64,000 bases of DNA, from assembly GCA_042565725.1 (NCBI GenBank), contig JBHORK010000001.1, positions 4,995 through 68,994 of the forward strand, given 5' to 3'. Origin of the DNA: Verrucomicrobiota bacterium. GTDB taxonomy: Bacteria; Verrucomicrobiota; Kiritimatiellia; UBA8416; JBHORK01. The notes below the pieces were generated by a model. It did no database searches and was not told the origin of the DNA. It worked only from the letters and a program-made list of their open reading frames with translations. Shown here piece by piece: positions 58,089-64,000 of this stretch. Within the stretch, counting starts at the first letter, position 1. The number at the start of each line of letters is the position of its first letter. Both the position numbers and the translations under genes were made by a program.

Positions 58089-58733
58089 CTAGAGCATTTT
58101 GATGTTTCTTGTCGCTTCTGTCAGCATTTCCTGCATTGCGGTTTTTGCTGATAGAAGGCCTTTGTTTTTCAATCTGTTCTGAATCTTGTCTGAAGCCATC
58201 TTTTTGAGAAGACGCATGCGTTCTTTTTCTGAAAGCCCTGATGATTGAACTTTTGGCCGTATTTTTTTTAGTAGAGAAAGATGTTTTGCGTGAATATCAG
58301 TTATTTCTTTTTCCATTTTTTCGCGAATCCGTCGGGAGAGGGCAGGGCTGCCGCCGCCGGTGGATATGGTTATAAGCAGTTCGCCCCTGCTTACCGTTGA
58401 GGGTACTGTGAAAGTACACAGGTCAGGCTGATCAACGACATTGATCGGGATTCCTTTTTCTTTAGCATGCTCACTTACTTTGCAGTTAACATTCTTTGAG
58501 TCGGTGGCACAGATAACTATAGATGCGTTTTTAAGGTCAGACTTTCTGTATTTCCTGCAAATCCGATTAACCTTTTTCATGCGTGTTAAAGGTGTGCAGA
58601 ATTCCGGGCTGACGATAGTGACTATTGCTCCGCATGCCAGGAGACTTTTGGCTTTTCTGGAAGCCACCTGACCGCCGCCTACAATCAGAACTTTTTTCTC
58701 GGCTATATCCATGTTTATCGGAAAATATTTCAC
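58089..58733 (-). CDS. sirC: Precorrin-2 dehydrogenase / sirohydrochlorin ferrochelatase (SirC/Met8/CysG N-domain-like)
   Basis: NAD-binding VLIVGGGQVASRKAKSLLACGAIVTIVSPEF; 214 aa. Confidence 0.75.
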   Translation of the reverse strand: MKYFPINMDIAEKKVLIVGGGQVASRKAKSLLACGAIVTIVSPEFCTPLTRMKKVNRICRKYRKSDLKNASIVICATDSKNVNCKVSEHAKEKGIPINVVDQPDLCTFTVPSTVSRGELLITISTGGGSPALSRRIREKMEKEITDIHAKHLSLLKKIRPKVQSSGLSEKERMRLLKKMASDKIQNRLKNKGLLSAKTAMQEMLTEATRNIKML

Positions 58734-60019
58734 TACAGGGCCTCCATAACTTCTGCTGCCGCGTTTATAGTCTTTTCAATGTCAGCCTCGCTGTGTGCCA
58801 GAGAAACAAATGCTGCCTCGAATTGTGAGGGAGCCAGATGTATTCCTTTTTCCAGCATCCCGCTGAAAAACTTTCCATATTTGTTTGTGTCCGATTCTTT
58901 TGCAGAAGCATAATCAATGGGGTCTTTTTCCGAGAAGAAAACAGTTTGAAGTGATCCAACACGGTTCATCTGAATAGGAACGCCTGCTTTATTTGCCGCA
59001 TCACGAAAACCATCTTCCAGCATCTTTGACAAAGCCTCCAGCCTTTCGTAGGGCGAATCGTTGATTAGTAATTCAAGAGTGGCCAGACCGGTGGCCATGG
59101 CAACCGGGTTGCCGCTAAGTGTTCCAGCCTGATACACGGGTCCCGATGGAGCAAGCATGCTCATAATTCCTTCACGTCCGCCGTACGCCGCAGCCGGCAT
59201 GCCTCCTCCAATGATCTTTCCCAGCACCGTCAAGTCGGGTGTTACTCCATAAAGACCCTGAGCCCCGGACAATCCGACTCTGAAGCCGGTAATAACTTCA
59301 TCAAAAATAAGAAGAGCATTATTACTGGAGGTAATCTCTCTTAAGAACTGCAGATAACCAGATTCTGGTGGAATAACTCCCATATTTGCTGCTATTGGCT
59401 CTACTATGATGCATGCAATCTCATTGCCAAAATTTTCAAAGACTTCCCTCATGCTTTTCTGATCGTTGTAGGGAACAACAATAGTTTTTTCTGCATAACT
59501 GTCCGGCACGCCTTTAGTGCCTGGTATGCTGAAAGTGGCAACACCTGATCCTGCGGAAACAAGCAGACCGTCGGAATGGCCATGATAACAGCCCTCGCAT
59601 TTTACTATCAAATTTTTGCCTGTAAATCCGCGTGCAAGGCGAATGGCGCTCATTGCAGCTTCGGTCCCTGAACTTACCATACGGATTTTCTCAATTCCTG
59701 GCGCGCATTCGATTATACGTTCGGCGAGCATGTTCTCAGTTTTTGTTGGCATGCCGAAAGTCATTCCTTTTTCGGCAGCTTTTTTTGCGGCCTCAACAAT
59801 CTTTGGGTTTGCGTGACCAAGGATTAAGGCGCCCCAGGACATGACGTAATCAATATAATCGTTGCTGTCTGCATCGCTAATATGGGATCCTGAACCGTAG
59901 TCAGCAAACACAGGATTACCTCCGACTGCCCCGAATGCGCGCACAGGACTGTTTACGCCCCCCGGCATAAGTTTCTGTGCGTGACGCCATAGTTTATGAG
60001 ATGATTTATTTGCTTTCAC
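58733..60019 (-). CDS. hemL: Glutamate-1-semialdehyde 2,1-aminomutase
   Basis: 428 aa class-III aminotransferase; ...GGVNSPVRAF...; PLP region ILGKIIGGGMPAAAYGG. Confidence 0.9.
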   Translation of the reverse strand: MKANKSSHKLWRHAQKLMPGGVNSPVRAFGAVGGNPVFADYGSGSHISDADSNDYIDYVMSWGALILGHANPKIVEAAKKAAEKGMTFGMPTKTENMLAERIIECAPGIEKIRMVSSGTEAAMSAIRLARGFTGKNLIVKCEGCYHGHSDGLLVSAGSGVATFSIPGTKGVPDSYAEKTIVVPYNDQKSMREVFENFGNEIACIIVEPIAANMGVIPPESGYLQFLREITSSNNALLIFDEVITGFRVGLSGAQGLYGVTPDLTVLGKIIGGGMPAAAYGGREGIMSMLAPSGPVYQAGTLSGNPVAMATGLATLELLINDSPYERLEALSKMLEDGFRDAANKAGVPIQMNRVGSLQTVFFSEKDPIDYASAKESDTNKYGKFFSGMLEKGIHLAPSQFEAAFVSLAHSEADIEKTINAAAEVMEAL

Positions 60020-60049
60020 TTTCGTGACTCCTGCTTCGATCTTTGATGT

Positions 60050-61039
60050 CTATTGATTATCCTGAACAAACAGCATACTTGATTTTTTGAATTCTTTTAC
60101 AGAAAAAAGTATTCTGCCGCCGCTTAATCCTGCGCTGTTTTCTATTTCCCTCATCATTTCCTCAGCTTTTTCTTTTGAATCTGCGTGAATCATGGCGAAA
60201 AGGTTGTAGGGGAATATCGATGGTGGGATTCGTTCGTAACAGTGAGTTACTTGCGGGAACGAAGCTATTTTCTTTCCAGCCGCTTCTACCTTTTCGGATT
60301 CAACGTTCCAGGCACACATACCGTTTGCTGTGAAGCCAATCTGTCTGTGCCGCAGGATAATCCCTATTCTGCGAAGTACGGCAATATCCTTCCAGTGTTT
60401 TAATGTATTTATAAGTTCTTCAGATGGAAGTCCTAACTTGTCCGCCAGGTCACGGAATGGCCGTTCAGAGAGAGGGATGTTTCCTTGTAGGTATTTAAGA
60501 ATGTCCTTTTCCTGCTTGGTGAGTTTCTCAATGGAAAGTCCAGTGTCGGACTTCCTTGTTTCGGAAACAAATGGTTGTACGTTTTCTTCATTTCCTGTTG
60601 TGTCAAATACAACCTGAATTTTGAATTTCCTGACGACTGGCAGGCTGAATAATTCGAATGGCTTCAGTTTTTCCGAGAATTCCGTCAGCTCTTTTTCGAA
60701 AAGTTCTGACGGTGCGGTTAATGTAAACCATATGTTTGGTGTTGCTTCCCGCTCATACAGGTGCGTTATACCTGGATGAGGAGAGAGTATTTCAACTACA
60801 CGCGTCATGGCTTCTTCGGGTACGGCGACGGCGCAAAGGGTGCTGAAAAATCCAAACATATTCGAATCGAAAACACCTCCGAACCTCCTCGCTTTCCCGC
60901 TATCGAAAAGATCTTTTATAAAGGCCAGTATATCAGTTCCATTCGAGCCAAGTTCTTTGGCTATTGATTGAAAGGGCATGAGCTCGATAGGGATACCCTT
61001 TTGAAGAGTAAACAATAATTGTTTTTCGTCTATGCTCAT
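60050..61039 (-). CDS. Siroheme decarboxylase, fused AhbA/AhbB (NirD/NirL-like, two Lrp/AsnC-type halves)
   Basis: Two tandem halves, each an HTH (LLFTLQKGIPIELMPFQSIAKELG / ILKYLQGNIPLSERPFRDLADKLG) followed by an AsnC-type ligand domain. Confidence 0.75.
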   Translation of the reverse strand: MSIDEKQLLFTLQKGIPIELMPFQSIAKELGSNGTDILAFIKDLFDSGKARRFGGVFDSNMFGFFSTLCAVAVPEEAMTRVVEILSPHPGITHLYEREATPNIWFTLTAPSELFEKELTEFSEKLKPFELFSLPVVRKFKIQVVFDTTGNEENVQPFVSETRKSDTGLSIEKLTKQEKDILKYLQGNIPLSERPFRDLADKLGLPSEELINTLKHWKDIAVLRRIGIILRHRQIGFTANGMCAWNVESEKVEAAGKKIASFPQVTHCYERIPPSIFPYNLFAMIHADSKEKAEEMMREIENSAGLSGGRILFSVKEFKKSSMLFVQDNQ

Positions 61040-62169
61040 TTGCTTTTTTCTGTATTGATATTAGGTTTGTACGAGCAATCCGGTTCCTCGTCGAGGTAAT
61101 CGCCTGTCTTTGCAAAAGCTCTGGCCCGGCAGCCTTCGCAAACTCTTTTGTATTCGCATGCGCCGCATTTACCTTTCAGCCTGGCCGGATCGCGTAAAGC
61201 TGCGAACACTTCTGAATCCTGCCATATTTCGCCAAGTTTTCTTTCTCTGATATTACCGACACAAACAGGTAGATAGCCGCAGGGCTGCACATCTCCTGTC
61301 CGGGATATAAAGCAAACGGCGGAACCTGCCAGACAGCCGCGGGTCATAGCCCGCATGCCATGAGCGTGGCTTTGGAGCTGTATGCCTTTCTCTTTCGAGA
61401 TCTGACGCATGATTCTGTAATATTGCGGTGCGCATGTTGCTTTTATATGGATTTTATCCTTCAATTCCAGAGACTTATCAAAGAGCCAGCGCAGTGATTT
61501 TTCAAATTCTTCAGATGTAAGACGAACATCTTCACTGATTTTCACGCCGCAGCCTACAGGAACCAGCATGAAAACATGAAACGCGTCGGCTCCTCGATCC
61601 TGTGCCAGGTTCAGCAGATCTTCAAGCTCATTAAGATTATGTTTTGTGATGGTCGCGTTTATCTGAACAGATACCCCGGCCTTTTTGAGCGCATCAAATC
61701 CATTAAGCGCATCATTATAACTTCCAGGCAATCCTCTGAATGCATCGTGCGTTTTCCGTTTTGCGCCATCCAGGCTTATGCTCGCCCTTTGAATTCCGGT
61801 TTTTACAATCTTCTCAGCAATAGGATCATCTACCAGGGTTCCGTTGGTTGCTATTGCTACACGTGTAAATAACTTTGTGCATTCCTCTGCAATGGTAAAG
61901 AAATCTTTACGTGTCAGGGGTTCGCCGCCTGTAAGGATGAGAATAGGATCCGCATCCTCCCTGATTTCACGGGCGGTTTTTATTATCTCCTCTGTAGAGA
62001 GTTCGCCCTCGACGAAATCATCCTGTGCTTCTGCGCGGCAGTGTTGACACTTCAGATTACAGCGCGCCGTCAGTTCCCAGAAAACTAAGCGTAAATTATT
62101 ATTTATCATCAGGATTATTTCTTTTTTGACAGGATTAACAGGATCTACAGGATGAGTTTCTCCTGACAC
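61036..62169 (-). CDS. Radical SAM / SPASM enzyme of the alternative heme pathway (AhbC- or AhbD-type)
   Basis: CNLKCQHC radical-SAM cluster motif; C-terminal SPASM cysteines CGACEYKRVCEGCRARA. Confidence 0.75.
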   Translation of the reverse strand: MSGETHPVDPVNPVKKEIILMINNNLRLVFWELTARCNLKCQHCRAEAQDDFVEGELSTEEIIKTAREIREDADPILILTGGEPLTRKDFFTIAEECTKLFTRVAIATNGTLVDDPIAEKIVKTGIQRASISLDGAKRKTHDAFRGLPGSYNDALNGFDALKKAGVSVQINATITKHNLNELEDLLNLAQDRGADAFHVFMLVPVGCGVKISEDVRLTSEEFEKSLRWLFDKSLELKDKIHIKATCAPQYYRIMRQISKEKGIQLQSHAHGMRAMTRGCLAGSAVCFISRTGDVQPCGYLPVCVGNIRERKLGEIWQDSEVFAALRDPARLKGKCGACEYKRVCEGCRARAFAKTGDYLDEEPDCSYKPNINTEKSK

Positions 62170-62178
62170 CTGAAACCT

Positions 62179-63156
62179 TTAATCTGGTTTCAGCCATTTT
62201 GCTGCATCTTTAGCCCAGTATGTAAGGATCAGGTTAGAGCCGGCCCTTTTTATGGCATAAAGGATTTCCAGCGCCGTAGATTTTTCGTCGAGCCAGCCTT
62301 CCTTTGCCGCGGCCTTTACCATAGAGAACTCGCCGCTGACGCTATACGCTGCTACAGGAACGTTGTATGCGGCCCGGACTTCTTTGATAATATCAAGATA
62401 CGCAAGTGCCGGTTTTACCATGACAATGTCGGCTCCTTCCGAAATATCCAACTCGACCTCTCTGAGCGCTTCACGTGAGTTGCGCATGTCCATCTGGTAA
62501 CCATGTCTATCTCCGAATTGGGGAGGGGATTCTGCTGCATCTCTGAAGGGACCGTAAAAGGAAGAGGCGTATTTAGCGGAATAGGCCATGATGACAGTAT
62601 CCTGAAATCCCTCGGAATCCAAAGCCTTGCGAACTACTCCAATTCGGCCATCCATCATATCGCTCGGCGCCACCACATGAGCTCCCGCGCTGGCGTGCGA
62701 AGAAGCCATACGTGCCAACACTTCGAGTGTTGCGTCATTATCTGTCTCACCGTCTTTTATTATTCCGCAATGTCCATGATCGGTATATTCACACAAACAA
62801 ACATCAGTGCATACGACCAGATCAGAAACATTTTCTCTTAGCTCGCGAACAGCGTTCTGCACCACTCCGTCCTCAGAGTACCCCTCCGAACCGGCGGCGT
62901 CCTTAGAGGAAGGAATACCAAATAGAATAACTGTTTTCACTCCGGCATCAACCAGTTCCCTGCATTCATCTACAAGCACATCTGCCGACATCTGGAAATT
63001 GCCCGGCATTGAGGAGATTTCCTTTTTCACTCCTTTTCCGGGTCTGACGAATAACGGCATTATGAAGTCTTCAGCATTAAGGCTGGTTTCAGAAACAACT
63101 TCGCGAAGTGCAGGGAATTTTCTAAGACGTCTCATTCTTGTTTTTGGAAAACTCAT
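62179..63156 (-). CDS. hemB: Porphobilinogen synthase (delta-aminolevulinate dehydratase)
   Basis: 325 aa; metal-binding Cys cluster CTDVCLCEYTDHGHCG; active-site Lys regions. Confidence 0.9.
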   Translation of the reverse strand: MSFPKTRMRRLRKFPALREVVSETSLNAEDFIMPLFVRPGKGVKKEISSMPGNFQMSADVLVDECRELVDAGVKTVILFGIPSSKDAAGSEGYSEDGVVQNAVRELRENVSDLVVCTDVCLCEYTDHGHCGIIKDGETDNDATLEVLARMASSHASAGAHVVAPSDMMDGRIGVVRKALDSEGFQDTVIMAYSAKYASSFYGPFRDAAESPPQFGDRHGYQMDMRNSREALREVELDISEGADIVMVKPALAYLDIIKEVRAAYNVPVAAYSVSGEFSMVKAAAKEGWLDEKSTALEILYAIKRAGSNLILTYWAKDAAKWLKPD

Positions 63157-64000
63157 AAACCTATCTCCTTATCTGTAAGATAACATGCTGGTTCAGGTGC
63201 CCACACATCGCCTGTAACGGCTTCCGCTCTCACTCGGAAATTACCGTTACATATATCAAGCCATTTGCATTGTGCGCAACGGCCCTTTAGATGTTTCTTG
63301 CGTTCTCTGAGTTTGGGCAGGAGTTTGTCAGTTGGCTCTCCCCATATCTTGCTGAAAGGTGTTTGTTTAACGTTGCCGGCGGAATAATGACGCCAGAACT
63401 GGTCGGGATGAACTGATCCGTCCCAGCTGATGCATCCTATACCCATTCCTGTGCTGTTGCCGCCATTCATCTTCAAGAGTTCCAGAACATCGTTTGCGCG
63501 TTCGTTGTTTTCCTTAAGAAGTCTCATATATAAATAAGGAGCATCACAATGATTGTCTACAGTGAGAACCTCGACAGGGATTTTCTTTCCATGCAGTTCC
63601 ATTGTTCTGTCCATTATCAAGTCTACTATATCCCTTGATTCCTGATGCGATAAATCTTCGGCTACCAGCTTACTGCCGCGTCCGGCATAAACCAGATGAT
63701 AAAAACATACTCTCGGGATACCCTCCTGCTCGATTAGATCAAATATGCCAGAAACATCGTGAACGTTTCTTTTGTTAATTGTAAATCTCAGACCAACCTT
63801 GATGCCTTCAGAAAGGCATGTGCGGATACCTGCAAGCGCCTGACCGAATGCTCCCTTTATGCCGCGAAAACGGTCGTTGGTTTCCTGTAATCCATCAAGG
63901 CTGACTCCAACATATGACAGGCCGCAATCCTTTAACCTGTTGGCAACGTCAGGCGTTATAAGTGTTCCATTTGTTGAAATAACCGCCCTCATATTCTTGT
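63153..64000 (-). CDS. Radical SAM / SPASM enzyme (AhbC/AhbD/NirJ-type), C-terminal part; gene continues past window end
   Basis: SPASM region CAQCKWLDICNGNFRVRAEA...; the N-terminus with the CxxxCxxC motif should lie beyond 64000. Confidence 0.65.
   Translation of the reverse strand, partial: KNMRAVISTNGTLITPDVANRLKDCGLSYVGVSLDGLQETNDRFRGIKGAFGQALAGIRTCLSEGIKVGLRFTINKRNVHDVSGIFDLIEQEGIPRVCFYHLVYAGRGSKLVAEDLSHQESRDIVDLIMDRTMELHGKKIPVEVLTVDNHCDAPYLYMRLLKENNERANDVLELLKMNGGNSTGMGIGCISWDGSVHPDQFWRHYSAGNVKQTPFSKIWGEPTDKLLPKLRERKKHLKGRCAQCKWLDICNGNFRVRAEAVTGDVWAPEPACYLTDKEIGL

Noticed and set aside
1-64000. tRNA, rRNA or other canonical RNA genes
   Set aside because: Scanned by eye for T-arm GGTTCGAATCC-type motifs and rRNA-like conserved blocks; none found.

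Overview
This 64-kb AT-leaning window is from a Gram-negative (diderm) bacterium, read from the sequence alone with no tools. Gene content is compatible with a PVC-group or candidate-phylum anaerobe or microaerophile; no taxonomy can be proven. The window runs in this order: (1) a partial MBL-fold hydrolase, a standalone CoaB and an NSS-family Na+ symporter followed by an unannotated 42-aa membrane ORF. (2) A minus-strand operon of a hybrid histidine kinase, a small lipoprotein and two tandem paralogous zinc-ribbon/4-TM membrane proteins of unknown function. (3) A tandem pair of trypsin-like protease and catalytically dead paralogue. (4) A sigma-54-controlled type IV pilus / T2SS-like module with two tandem GspE/PilB ATPases, one GspF/PilC, an NtrC-family regulator and a pilin gene, with recognisable -24/-12 promoters, a 22-bp perfect palindrome and a bidirectional terminator. 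(5) A divergent pair of a TMTC/PMT-like GT-C transferase with TPR repeats and a Dpm1/GtrB-like polyprenol-phosphate glycosyltransferase plus a DUF2304-like protein. (6) A roughly 17-kb polysaccharide locus (about 22.5 to 38.9 kb) with about 10 glycosyltransferases including a GT11 alpha-1,2-fucosyltransferase, five SAM methyltransferases (one fused to a GT4), and a Wzm/Wzt ABC exporter whose Wzt carries a C-terminal glycan-end-binding domain. (7) Divergent MenA-like and polyprenyl-diphosphate synthase genes. (8) A complete nqrABCDEF Na+-NQR operon with a convergent NqrM-like small ORF. (9) System II cytochrome c biogenesis genes ccsBA followed by porin-like outer membrane proteins, a heme-motif lipoprotein and a ferric-reductase-like diheme-b membrane protein that carries a CXXCH insert. 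(10) A siroheme-dependent alternative heme biosynthesis cluster (sirC, hemL, ahbAB, two radical-SAM AhbC/D-type genes, hemB). Several non-coding features stand out. Two dispersed repeat families, one clearly MITE-like with perfect 17-bp terminal inverted repeats sitting between wzt and wzm. Tandem hairpin repeats upstream of coaB. Inverted heptamer arrays in a divergent promoter. I saw no CRISPR array, tRNA or rRNA. The most plausible candidates for an undescribed system are the HK / lipoprotein / zinc-ribbon-membrane-protein operon and the ccsBA-linked heme-protein module; both calls are inference.
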